Shown: positions 36,443 through 48,232 of the stretch, in pieces
Layout of the letters: each line of letters begins with the position of its first letter
Position numbering within the stretch: the stretch's first letter is position 1
From: Cyanophora paradoxa CCMP329
Taxonomy: Eukaryota > Plantae > Glaucophyta
Assembly: GCA_004431415.1 (NCBI GenBank)
Contig: QPMI01000601.1
Location: 248,001-312,000, forward strand
DNA length: 64,000 nt
Direction of reading: 5' to 3'
The notes under the pieces: model-generated
The model's database searches: none
What the model was told of the DNA's origin: nothing
Seen by the model: the letters and a program-made list of their open reading frames with translations, nothing else
Made by a program: the position numbers and the translations under genes

Positions 36443-39400
36443 CTAGAAGTCGTCGCCGCTGCCCTCGCCCCCGTCTGCATCGGCGTCGGCGTCAAGGGCG
36501 GCTGCGGCCGCCTCGGCGGCCCGCTGCAGCTCCCCCAGGCCCGTCAGCTCCTCCAGGTACCTGCTCGGGTGCTGCATCAAGGGGGGGAGCGAGTGGCGGG
36601 TACACGCGGTACACGCAGCGGGCACCGGGGGGAGTTGCAGGCGTCGAGGAGGAGCTCGAAGCCGCGGGCCCTGTACGCCGCCACGACCCCCGGCGAGCAC
36701 GCCGTGCACTGCCCCCGCCCGCCTCGCCGCCCTCGCCGCGGGGCGGGGCGGGCGGGGCGGGGCGGGCACCTGGTCGAAGCCGCGGCCCGTGACGAGCGCC
36801 GTCGTCCAGTGCGAGAGGAAGCCCCGGATCTGGGGGGTACGCGGCGCGGGGTCAGGAGCGGGGGAAGGGGCGGTGGAGGGCGGGGCGCGCCTGGTGGGGC
36901 ACGGAGCCGAGGGGCGAGCCGGCGGCGGCCCCTCGAGCTCGCCGGCCCCGTCGCGGCCCCCGCGGGGCCCGGGGCGGCGGCCGCGGCGCCGCTGCGAGGG
37001 CCCTCAGGGGGCGGGCGGGCGGGAGCGGGGGGGGCCGGGGCGGGAGGGGGCGCGCTGGGGGTGATGGAGGAGGGCGACGGCGAGCTCCACGGCCGCCGCG
37101 CCCGCCATGAACGCCAGCCCCGGCCGCGTCACCTGCGCCCCACGCCCGCCCGCCCGCCCGCGCGCCCCGTCGGCGCGGCCGCCGCGGCGCGGGGGGACGG
37201 CGAGGAGATCGGCACCGTGCACTGCTGGTCGAGCGTGCGGTCCGCGACGCTCTGCGGGGCCCCTCGCGTCGGCCGCAGCGGGGCGGGCGAGCCGGGGACG
37301 GGCGCGCGGGGCGGGGGCACGTTCGTGGGGGCCACCACGTCGTTGCAGAAGTAGCAGCCGAGCCGCTGGTGCGAGGCGGGCGAGGAGGAGGAGGAGGGGG
37401 TCGAGGAGGGGGAGGGGCCTGCCCGGACTCGGTCGGCGGGGCGCGGGCGGGCCCGGCCCGTGGAGCGGGGGCGCTGCACCGGCGGGGGGCGCGAGGGTGC
37501 CGTGCCGCATGACGAGGTACGAGTCGAAGCCCAGCGCCGAGTTGATCGCCAGCTGCCGCGGCCCGCCGGCGTGGGCGGCGGCCTGGTGCGGGAGCCGGGT
37601 GCGGGGGCTGGGAGACCTTCCCGTGGGCGGCGGCGAGAAGGGTCGGGAGCCAGCGCGACTCCCGCGTGTCCGTCAGCAGGAACACCTGCCGGGGTACACT
37701 GAGACACTAGGAGAGGGCGGGGGGGGGGTCTCCGGGGGTACCACGTCGTGCTCGGCGACGAGGGCGTCGAGCTCGCGCAGCGCCGCCGCCGCCGCCTCCC
37801 GCTCCCCTGCCGCCTCGCTCGGAGGGGGGTACAGGGAACGGCGGAGGATGGAGGGGGCACGCACGCTCGGCGATGGGGTGGCCGGGCATGGGGATGGAGA
37901 GCTGGACGCCGCGGGAGGTCTGGGGGCCGGGGCGGGGCGGGCGGGGGGTCGGGAGGGGGTCTCGAGGGGCGGGGCGGGGCGGGGCGGGGGCGGACCACGC
38001 CGGGGAAGACCTCCGCCAGGCGGGAGGCGGCGGCGGGGGCCTTCGGGGCGCCCCCGCCCGCGCAGTCCGCGAACGTGAACAGCGACTGCGCCGCCGCGCT
38101 CGAGGCGGGGCAGGGCGGGGAGGGCGGCGGCCCGGCCCCGGCCCGGCGCGCCTGGCGGACGGGGTTCGAGTACGCGACCCGCCCCGAGTCGACGAACGTC
38201 ACGTGGCGAACCCCCCAGCCCTGCGGGGGGACGCCTCGGGCGCGCGGGGGCGCCGCGGGGGGGCCGGGGCGGGGGCACGAGGAGGCAGCGGGCGACTGCG
38301 CAGCCGAGGGTGCCGGCGCCGAGCAGGAGGCACTTCGTCGCTGGGCCGGCGTCAGCCTCGAGGCCTCAAGGGAGGGGCAAGGGAAGCGGCGGGCCGGCGA
38401 CGCGGTCGGGCTGGATGTCGGGCGCCAGGCGCCACCGCATCAGCCGCACGTTCAGGTCCACCGCCCCCTCCGCCAGCCTGCCCCCCCCCGCCCCGCCGCT
38501 CGGGCGGAGGGGGCGGGGCGGGCGGGGGCGGGCCTGGCGGGGTCCATGACGGGGCCGAGGTCGGCGAGGCGGGGCGCGAGGGCGCCGGCCCCGTTGCGCT
38601 CCCAGCCGGCCGCTTTGGGCGCCGCCGCCGCCTCGGCGGGGGCAGGCGGCCCGCGGGCGCGAGCTGCACGGAGAAGAGCACAGAGGCCGAGAGGTCCGCC
38701 CTGCGGCGAGTTCGGGGGCGCCCGGCGGGGCGGGGCGGGTGGGGCGGGGAAGGAGGCGCGCGCCTGCCGGGGCGCTCGCGGAGGGCGACGATGCGGGCGC
38801 GCTCGAGGCCCCAGCGCGCGGCGGCGAGGGCGAGGAGGTTCCGAAGGGGCCACCCCGGGTTCCCCGGCAGCCCGCACGGGTCCGCGAAGCCCAGCAGCAC
38901 CTGCGGGGGGGATCAGGGGGGGGGAGAAGGGGGGCACCGGGGTACACGCTCGCCTCGTCGGCGTCGGCGAGGGCCGCGCGGGCGGAGAGGGGCTCCACGC
39001 TCAGCGCGCCCCCGCGCAGCGCGGCCTGCGCGGGGCTCGCGGCGCCGCCGGGTGCAGGGGATGGGGGGAGCGCGCACGAGGAAGAACGGCGGGGGCACCC
39101 CGCCGGCCCCCGGCCCGCCCCCCGAGAGGCCCCTGAGGCGGTCGTACCCCTCCCGCAGCTGCTCGACCTGCGCCGGCGGTGCGTTCGCGGGGGCGGGGCG
39201 GGCGGAGGGGTACGGGATCCCACGGCCACGGCCGCGCCTGGGCCGGGGAGAGGGCGGAGGAGAGGGGTACGGGGTCCGCGAAGTAGGCGGCGTCGGGGAG
39301 GTGGAGGAGGGCGGGGAAGCAGAACCAGTAGTGGAAGCGCCAGTTCTGCCGGCGGCCCGCGTGGGCGCGGAGCGCGGGGGGTACGGGCGCGGGCGGGGGC

Positions 39401-40128
39401 ACCTTGAGGTCGGCGTACGCGATTGCGGCAAAGCGGTTGAGGCGAGAGGGCTCCGCGAGCGCCGCCCCGCTGTGGATGTCCTCCCAGACCTGGTCCCCCC
39501 GGCCGCGCTCAACAAGCAGCGCCGGCGGCGCGTCCGGCTGGCGGTGGGCCTCGCCTGCGCCGCGGTGGACGCGAGGACGGCTGCCTTGTCCGCCGCCTTG
39601 AACTCCTCGTGGCTGTTGTAGTTCCGCAGCGTCCCGGGCGCCGCGAACTGGTATGCTGCGCCGGCGGTCCGTCAGAACGAGAGGCGCGCGGCCCGACCCG
39701 CTCTCTCTCGTACCAGGAGGCCGGACGGCATCTTTGCCATCGAGTTCCGTGTCAAGTGACTCCGCCGAGAGGCAGATGAGCGCGGGGGCATTCGCGCCCT
39801 TCCCCGCGTTCCCCGTCCCTGCGCGCGCTCAAAACGATCAGAATGGGCGCGTACGCGCTGTGTTGCTCTCGGCTGCCAAGCCTAACCCTCGGCAGACGCA
39901 GGCACGACGAGCGCACAGCGCCGGCGGGCGGCGCACCGAACGTAGCTACCAGCGGCCGCGCCTCATCGTTCAGGCGGTAGCGCTCAAGCTTCCGCTTGGC
40001 GAGCTCGCTCCAGAACCCGACGTCTACGAAGCTGCTCCACGGTGCGACCTGCGCGTGCGAGCCGCATCCTCAGCAACTTTGCTTGCACGCCGGCGCCGCA
40101 GACGCGAGGCGCGGGCGACGACCTGCAT
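36443..40128 (-). CDS. ATG7: Ubiquitin-like modifier-activating enzyme ATG7, multi-exon
   Basis: MQ|[140 protein letters not shown]. Confidence 0.97.
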
Positions 40129-41431
40129 CGCGCGAATGTACCCCGCCACTTTGCAACACCCGGCTTTTTTTCGGTTGTGAAGCGGTGCTTGACAAGCCGC
40201 GCGCGCCGCGCCTCCGAGCGGAGCCTGACTCTATTACCGCTATGCGCAGATCTTCGTTCTCAATGCGCGGCATAGGCGCGCTGGCCTCTGGCGCGGGCGC
40301 GGCCGACGCGCCGCGCCTGAGAAGCTTGGAGACCGTATCTGGCATGGGCGGTGATCGCATGGCCCGTATGGATCCTTCGTGGCGTCACGCCTATCCCCTC
40401 GTGGCGTCACGCCTATCCCCTAGGCCTCCGCGGTCAGATCGGCGCGGAGTCGCGCGCGGCCGCGGCGGCGCGGGCGTGTGCGCATGCCAGCTGGAGTCCG
40501 AGCGAAAGGAAGTAGCCTTTCAAACCCCAGCCGCGCGGCAGAGAGAGATCTTAGCCGCGCGCGCCCCCTCATAAAGAGCGGAGAGCGGTCAGACGCAGCT
40601 CATTCCTCGTTCGGCATCAGCGCCTCGGCCTCCTCAGCAGCAGCAGCAGCGCCAGTCCCTCGGCCTTCCGCAAGCAGCCGCGCTCGCCCCGCGCCCAGCC
40701 GAGAGCGCCGCAAGCCCGCCAGCAGCCATGGCCGTCGTTGATGTGCTCCCGATCGAAGGCGCCTTCGCCGGGCTCGCCTCGGCGCGCTCCCGCAGCTCCC
40801 GCGCCCTCCCGGCGTGCGCCGCGGAGGCGCCGGCCCCCGCCTGCCCCGGGAAGAAGCGCCTCTCGGCGCCCGTGATGCCGGCCGCCAAGCGCGGCAAGGA
40901 GAACGCCGACAGCAACGCCCCCGCCGCCCCCGCCCCCGCCGACGACGCCTGCCCCGCCCCTCGCCCGCCCGCACCCTCCGCCTCGCCTCGGCGCCGGCCC
41001 CGCGCCGAGCCCGGCGCCTGCGGCCGGGCGGGGGCGCTCAGCCTGGCGGAGCTCGCGGCGGCGCTCGCGGCGATCGCCGCCGCGCCGGCGGAGGCGGAGG
41101 CGGAGGAGGCGGAGCTCGCGGCCTTCGAGTGGGGCGCCCCGGCCCCGGCGCCCCGCCCCGCCCTCTTCGCCCCCGTCGGCGCCGCCCAGCGCCTCGCCGC
41201 CCGGCGCGCCTTCTGCCCCGAGCGCATGTTCGGCTCCGCCGCCCCCGCCGTCCTCGCCTGCTAGCCCCGCCGCCCGCCGCCCGCCGCCCCGCCTCGAATC
41301 GCTCGCATCGCTAGTGCCCCCCTCCTGCCCGGGGGATCCTGTAGTTCGCCTTCGCCCGCCGTCCCGTGGACTGTACAATGCTTCCTGCATCCTCGACCTC
41401 CGCCCGTCGCCCGCTTGCGGGTCTCCCCGCA
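39848..41431. repeat. Source copy of the inverted duplication (ATG7 5' end, divergent promoter and small gene)
   Basis: Reverse complement of 31931-33589. The ATG7 exons are intact here. Confidence 0.95.
40728..41264 (+). CDS. Hypothetical Ala/Pro-rich protein divergent from ATG7
   Basis: GCCATGG start context and a 178-aa ORF conserved in the duplicate. No family recognised. Confidence 0.55.
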   Translation: MAVVDVLPIEGAFAGLASARSRSSRALPACAAEAPAPACPGKKRLSAPVMPAAKRGKENADSNAPAAPAPADDACPAPRPPAPSASPRRRPRAEPGACGRAGALSLAELAAALAAIAAAPAEAEAEEAELAAFEWGAPAPAPRPALFAPVGAAQRLAARRAFCPERMFGSAAPAVLAC

Positions 41432-41825
41432 GTCTATCCCAGCGCGCGCCTTACGCAGTTAGATTTTGAACGCATAATAGCCCTGATCACGATGCGATTA
41501 GTTTAATCAACTCTGTGCAGTATTCTCGATGTATTGATTACTTGATCTAAAGAAAGTTAAGTATCATGGTATGCGTCAATCCGTACACGAACGCGCTTGA
41601 GTTGCAGCCCTAGTCTGAAGGTGGCCATGGGCCGAGCGATAGGGACATCGATGGGAATTCGAGAGGTGGGATGAGCAGGGGCCCGGGGCGGGAAGAGGTG
41701 CAATAGACACTCCGCACGGCGCAGCTGTGCCAGCGCTCTTCCAGGGGTGGAGTAAGGGGGCTGGCCCTGCGGCAGAGGTCGCCGCGGGGCGGGTGGGAGG
41801 GCGGGGCGGGGGGCGCGGGGCCGCC

Positions 41826-44333
41826 TCAGTCGTCCCCGCCGAAGATGTCCCAGAGGGTCCCGAGGAGGCCCCGGCCGCCCTCCTCGTCGCCCCCGCCGCC
41901 CCCCGCGCCCCCGCCCTCCCCGCCGTCCTCCCCCCACGGGTCCTCGAACACCGGCTCCTGCGGGAACGCCTCGGGGTCCGCCGGTACCCCCCCGTCCGGC
42001 TGCGCCCCGGGGGCCTCCGGGCCCGGCCCCGGCGGCTTCTGGCCCGGCTCGAGGTCGGGGGTGGGCACGGGGGTCGGGATGGGGGCGCCCCCGCCGCCGC
42101 CCCCGCCCGGGATGGGTATCGGCATGAGCCAGGGCATCATGCTGGGGAGGGCGGATCAGTCGGGGGAGGGAAGAGGCGCGGCGGAGGGGAATCGCGTACC
42201 CGGGACCGCCGCTGGTCTTGGAGAAGTAGTCCTGGGGGCGCACGCGTCAGCAAGGCGGCGACGCTGCGGGACCTGCGGCGAAGGCGAGGGCGCACGAAGT
42301 CGATGGTGATGGCCGTCGCTGGGGCGGCGGGGCCGGTCAGGCGGGGGCGGGGCGGAGAAGGGGCACGGGGACGGACCGAGGATGACGGCGCGCTTGTCGA
42401 GGTTGAGGGGCCCCCGCGCGGGGGGCGGCCGCACGGGCACCAGGCTGGTCGAGGCGGCGCCGGCCCCGGGGGCAGCGGCCGGGGCGGAGGCGGCGGCGAG
42501 GGCGGCGGCGCGGTCGGGCGGGGGCGGCGGGGGCTCCTCGAAGCGGGAAGGGTCCATCCGCACGATGTACTGGTTCCCGTCCGTGAAGAGCTGCCCGCCG
42601 CCCCCGCCCCCGCCCGTCGGCGCCGGGAGAAAGGGCGGGGGCGGGCGGGCCGGCGGGCAGGGGCCCGGGGGGGCGCACCTCGCGAGCCCAGCCGGTGAAG
42701 TTCTTGTCGACGGCCGCCACCTTGTGCCCGTGCTCGTCCACCACCTGCGCCCGCCCCGGCCCCGCACCCGCCTCAGAGGGCGCCTGGAGCTAAGGCCGCC
42801 CCGCCCGGCCCGGCGCACGTCGAACTCCCAGGCGAGGGTCGGCGCGTCGATCTTCCCGAACTGCGTCTGCGGGGCGGAGGGGAGGGCGTCAGCGCCGGCG
42901 CGGCGGCATGGCCGGGGGCGGGGGGCGGGAGGGGGCGGGCGGGCGGGGGGGCACCTTGCCCCAGAAGAGCTCGTACTTGCGCCGCAGGAGCGTCAGCTGC
43001 TCGTGCACCTGCCCCCGCCCCCGCCTCGGCCCCGGCCCCCTCCGAGCTCGGGGCGGGGCGGGCGGGGCCGGGGTACGGACCTCGCCGACGAGGTTGCCCT
43101 GCGGGTCCTCGACGTAGAGGCTCGAGCTCGCGATGTAGAACGGCCTACCCCGCCCGGCTCGGTCCGGCCGGGGGTACGCCAAACCGGGCGGGGCCGGGGT
43201 GCGCGTGGGGCGGACCGGCGGACGACGAAGACGACGCTGCCGTGGGCGTCGAAGACCGTGATCCGCGCGTCCCGGTGCGTCTGGTCGGAAGGAAGAGCCT
43301 GAGCGTTCGGCGTACCCCCACGAAAAGTTGGTACCTTGAGGACGTTGCGGGCGACGGCCCGCGCGAAGCCGCCCTCCTCCGCCATGTACCTGCGGGATCG
43401 GGTTCGAATCCGCGCCGGGAGGTTCTGCGGGGGGAGGGAGCGGACCCGATGACGTGGCCGGACTCGTTGCGAATGTCGTACTTGTTCGCCTGTACCCCGG
43501 CGTCAGGGTCGGGGGGCGAGTGGGCGGTAGGATTCGGAGGCGCGCCTGCTCGAAGCCCGCGATGATATTCCCCCATTCCAGCCGGCGAGTCACAATCTTA
43601 CGGCGGCTACAGTCAGCGGCTGCGCTCGCGCCGGATCCGGCGCCTCCAGGCCGGCGCCGGGCATCGCGGGGGGCCGCGGCGGGGCCGGGGGGCGCGGGCA
43701 GGGGCGGACCAGCGCGGGGTGGTGCAGCACGAGGCCGGTCGATTGCGAGTCGGGAAGAACGGCGCCAACTGCGCACGTGGCGGCGCAGGGCCGGTGAGAA
43801 GCAGCGGCGCGCGCGCGCGCGCGTGTTGCGCTTGAGAGGGGTCACCGAGGCCGGACGGGAATGGCGGCGGGATGAAGGGCCCAATCGGCGTCGGCAAGTG
43901 GCTTCTTCCCTCGGGGGGGCCGACGTTAAGCGGGCTGGGAGGAGGAGGAAGGTTCGAGTGGACGACGTCAGGCGGAGGGGCGGGCGGGCCAGCGGCTGCA
44001 GGCGGCGGCGCTGGACGCTGCGACACGCCGAGCTTCGGCATCCAGTATTTCTTCTTCGGAGCCTCCGGCGGCGGCGCGCCGTCCGACGCTGGCGGCGTGC
44101 GCTCAATGGCGCGCCAGTTCAGCGCTCAATGGCGCGCGCGCAGCCGGCCGCGAGCGCCGGGAGCGCGTACCGTAACTGCGCACGCAGGAAGCCGAAGGCA
44201 GGCGCCCAAGGCGAAGCGCCCGGACACCGGCGAAGTTTACGGCGCCACCGCTCGCTGAAAGAGAGGCGGCGGGTCGTAGTCGCCTTAGCGAGCTGAGCGC
44301 CGCCCTCCGGAGGGCGAGCGACGCCCGAATCAT
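41826..44333 (-). CDS. Phospholipid scramblase family protein (Aim25-like, mitochondrial presequence), multi-exon
   Basis: IVTRRLEWGNIIAGFEQANKY, YMAEEG, RRPFYI, VGEVHEQ..LRRKYELF, IDAPTLAWEF, VDKNFTGWARELFTD, LDKRAVILATAITIDFDYFS. Arg/Ala/Ser-rich N-terminus and acidic Gly-rich tail. Confidence 0.92.
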
Positions 44334-44654
44334 GGCGCTGGTTAAAAGTCAAGCGGCTCAAGCCGATGTCCTGGGTAGAGGAGTTATGACGAATTGACGG
44401 GTTCGACTCCCTGTCGACTTCGTTGTTACATTCCGCTGCCTCCGCCGGAGGGCCTGCTGGGAGCGCCAAGGGTTTTCCCGAGGATTTCAGACCTTGGTGA
44501 CGCAGCTGCGAATCTACCAGCTTGCCTCTCGGCGGGTCCGGACGTGCGCTCGAAAGCGAGCGGCCGTCCGAGGGCGGGCGGCGCTCTTTCTCGACTTTGA
44601 AGCCTTTCTGGAGTCAGCGGTTGGGACATTGCTCCAGCGAACTTCGCCCTCGCG

Positions 44655-47600
44655 ATGGCCGGCGAACTTCGCTTCGTCGAACTGAGGAAGCCGGCGGACG
44701 CCCCGGCGGTGCGCGGGCCCCTCGCTGGGCCTTGCTGGCGCGTATTTACCACGCTGAGAGACTCGTGCAGGGATCCGTGGCGCTTTGGCTAGGCGCCGAT
44801 GCTAGCTCGGCCGACGCTGTGATTGGCGTCGGCCGTGTGAGCCGCAACGACATTGAGGCCCCGTCGCTCGGCCGGATGATTCGCCTTGAGTTGTTCGGAA
44901 ATTCACATCCCGACGGGACGCGCCGGCGGCCGCCGAGCCTCCCGTCGGTGGAGCAGGTCCGTCCGCGCCATGGCCGCGCCTCCGCGATGACGCGCGGGGC
45001 TCACGGGCGCGCGTTCGTCCAGGTCTTCAAAGAGAGCGCGGGGGAGTCCCGCGGGCCCGTGGTCGACGTGCTCTCCGACGAGGTGATGCTCGGGACGCGG
45101 CCCAGCGGCGGACCGGCGGCGGCCACCAACGAGCTCCTCCGCCAGCTCAACGTGCGCGCGCCGCCCGCCGCGCGCATCTCTCTATGCGCGCCGACGACGC
45201 CTCCCGCGCCAGGACGCGCTCTCGAGGCACGAGGTCCGCATCCAGGCGCTCCGGACGGGCCGCAGCGTGACCGTCTCCAGCGGTGCGCTCCCTCATTCAG
45301 TGCCGCCGCGGCATTCTCCCGAACCGTCCTCGCAGGCTCCCACGGGGCGCGGCCGGCGGATCAGCGCGTCCCGACGCCCGAGCTGTGCGCCCCGCGGCGA
45401 CTCCGGCTGGGGCGCGGCGAGCGCTGACGCGGGGCCGGCAGGCCGGTGCCGATCCGGGAGGACTCGGAGGAGGGCGTGCCGCAGCTGGAGTCGGCCTCGA
45501 GCCCCGAGGTGTGCCCCACGGAGAACGAGAGCGACGGGTGCGCGCCCCGCCCCGCGCCGCCCCCCGCGCCCCGCGCCGATGGCCCGGCCGCGCGCAGGGC
45601 GACGAGGCCGGAGCCGGCGCCCCCCACGCCGAGGCTGCCGCGGTGCGCTGGGTGGGGCGCGCCGCGCGCCGCCGTGCGGGGCCGAGCGGGGCCGGGGCGG
45701 GGCGCAGCGGGCGGTGGGCGAGGCGCTGCTCTCCAAGTCGGCGCAGGCGAAGATGATGGCCCGCCGCGTCGCCGGCCTCCCCGCCGCCGACCTCCTCCTC
45801 TTCCCGGTACCCCGCCCGCCCCCTCCCCCGCGCTTTCGCCGCCAACGCCGAGCGGGCCGGCAGGCGGTGCGGGAGGCGTCGCGGGCGGCGGACGCGGCGC
45901 AGCTTCGTTCGCTGCTCGAGGCGCACGTCGCAGCGGGCGGACGACTCGTCGCGACCGTGCGGCACCCCCAATGCCCGCGCGCCGCGCGGGGCGCCGACGC
46001 GCGGGCCGCAGTTGGCGACCGCCGCCTCGTCGGAGCCGCTGTTCCGCGTGCCGCCGGCCGCAGAGGCGCCCAGGCGGGGCCGCGGCCGCCCCCGCAAGAC
46101 CCGGGGCCGGACGGGTCGGCCTCGCCCCCAAGGCCGAGGAGCGCGCCCCGGAGCCGGCGCCGCCCGCCAAGCGCCGCGGGCGGCCCCGAAGGACGGGCGG
46201 GGCGGGGCGGCGCGCCGCCCGCCCCTGCCCCGACCTCGCCCGGGCCTCGGCCCCGCACTCCCCGAGCCCGAGCCCGAGTCCGACACCTCCCCGCCCCGCG
46301 GCCGGGCCGGGCCGTGGCCGGAGCCGCTCCCCGGGCGATCCCCAACGCGGGCATCCCGGGGCGGGGAGGCCGGGGCGGCCGGGCCGGGGCCGGGCCGGGG
46401 CCGGGGCCGGGGCGGGGCGGGGTCGGGGGCGGCGGAGGATGGGCGGCGTCGGGGGCGGAGGAGCGGCGGGGCAAGCGGGCGCGGCGGGCGCGGGCGGAGT
46501 CGGGGTCGGGGTCGGAGGGGGAGGCGGGGCGGGGGCCGCTGGACCCGCCGGGGTCGCCCCCGCTGGAGAGCACGTGGGAGGACGACCCGGCCGGCATCGA
46601 GGACGTCGTCCGCCGCATCCCCGTCGGTGGGCCCGCCCCGCCCTGCAGCCCCGGCGCCCCGGCGCCCCCGCCCTCTCCTCCTCCCCGGCCCTGACGGGCC
46701 GCGCGCAGCGCAAGTGAACAAGATCCTGGAGCGGGCGGCGATCATGAAGTGCTCCCTCGAGAAGCTATACCGCCACCTCAAGAACGCCCGCGGCGCCGAG
46801 TCGGTCCGCCCGCGCCGCCCCCGGCGCCCCCGCTCCTCCTCCTCTGCCCCGCGCCGCCCGACGCGCGCCGGGCCGCCCGAGCAGCAGGAGCTGCTGCGCT
46901 TCGAGGGCCGCGAGCTCACCGAGGCGCGCCCCGCCCGCGCGCGGGAGGCCCCGCCCCGGCCCCGCCCCTTCCTGACGGGCTCGCAGCGGGAGTTCTTCGC
47001 GATCCGCGGGCGCTACGAGGTGGAGGCCGTCGTCGACTTCGACGCCACCACCGTGCGCGCCCCGCCCCCGCCCTCGGCAGAGTCCTCTTGAGGGCAGAGG
47101 CGAGGCTGACGCGGAGCTCTCTTCTTCTTCCCGCGAAGGGCCTCTACCTGGTCAAGTGGGCGGGGTACCCCGACTCGGACAACACGTGGGAGCCGGTGAA
47201 GAACCTCCGCGACTGCTGGCACTTCGTCGAGCGCTTCGCGGTACCCCTCGAGACTCCCCGCCTCGCCCTTGCCTCCCCCGCTGAGCCCCGGCGGCAGCAA
47301 GCGACCGGGAAGGCGGTGGGGCCCCGGCCGCGGCCCAGCTCGGCCCCGCGGATGAGCGCGGTGCGCCCGTTCCCGCCCCCGTGTCGCCCTCGCTCGCGGC
47401 TGGGCGCTCAGCGGCGCGGCAGAAGGCGAAGGCGATGGCGGAGGGGGCGGCGGCGGGCGGGGCGGCGGCCCCGCGGCCGCGGCGGCCGCGGCGGGCCAGC
47501 AGCCCTCGCCCCGCCGCGGGGGCGCGCCAAGGTGGTGGGCCCCGCCCCCGCCCCCGCCCCGCGCCCGCGCCCGCCCCGCTCGCGCCCGCCCTCCCGCCCT

Positions 47601-47998
47601 GACGGCGCGCGCCGCAGGAGGAGTCGGGCTCGAGCGCGCCCTCCTCCTCGCCCGCCTCGCCCCTGCCCGCCCCCCGCGCCCCCGGCCCCCGCCCCTCCTG
47701 GCCCCCGCCCCCTACCCCGCCGCAATGTCCGCGGCGGCGCCGGCGGCGGCGGCGGCGTCGCCGCGGACGGGGGCGGGGGCCCACGGGCTCGCCCCGGCGA
47801 CCCGCCGCGTGACCCTCTCCATCGACCTCGTCGTGCCCCCCGAGGCGCCCGCCGCCGCCCCGCGCCCCCGCGGCCCACCGTACCCCCCCTGACCCCGGGG
47901 CCTAGGTGACGGACGAGGAGCTGGCGCGGACGGCGCGGCGGGCGTACGGCAAGGCCTGCGTCAAGGTCACCAAGCGGCGCAGCCCCGACGCCGCCTGA
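44655..47998 (+). CDS. Chromodomain protein with AT-hook-like motifs, multi-exon
   Basis: YEVEAVVD|..YLVKWAGYPDSDNTWEPVKNL (47010-47210), with RRGRGRPRK (~46070) and KRRGRPRR. Confidence 0.8.
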
Positions 47999-48232
47999 TC
48001 ATGAGCGCGCGGGATCCGGAGCCCCGGCGCCCGCCCCCGCGCTCGCTCGACGCCCCCGCGCTTCTGTATCTGTGCTCAATTTCGACTACTTAGCTCACAA
48101 ACTGTACACGAGTTTACAGGGCGAAGCTATCTAGCTACAGTACACGATTTTACAGTACAGGGGGTGCTAATTTACCGTACAGGGGGTGGCCGGCTGACGC
48201 CGGCGCCGGGCCCGGCCCCGCGGGTCGGGGGG

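Noticed and set aside
28729-40128. Autophagy gene cluster (Atg22-like next to ATG7)
   Set aside because: The UMF1 family is widespread and not autophagy-specific, and two neighbours do not support a cluster.
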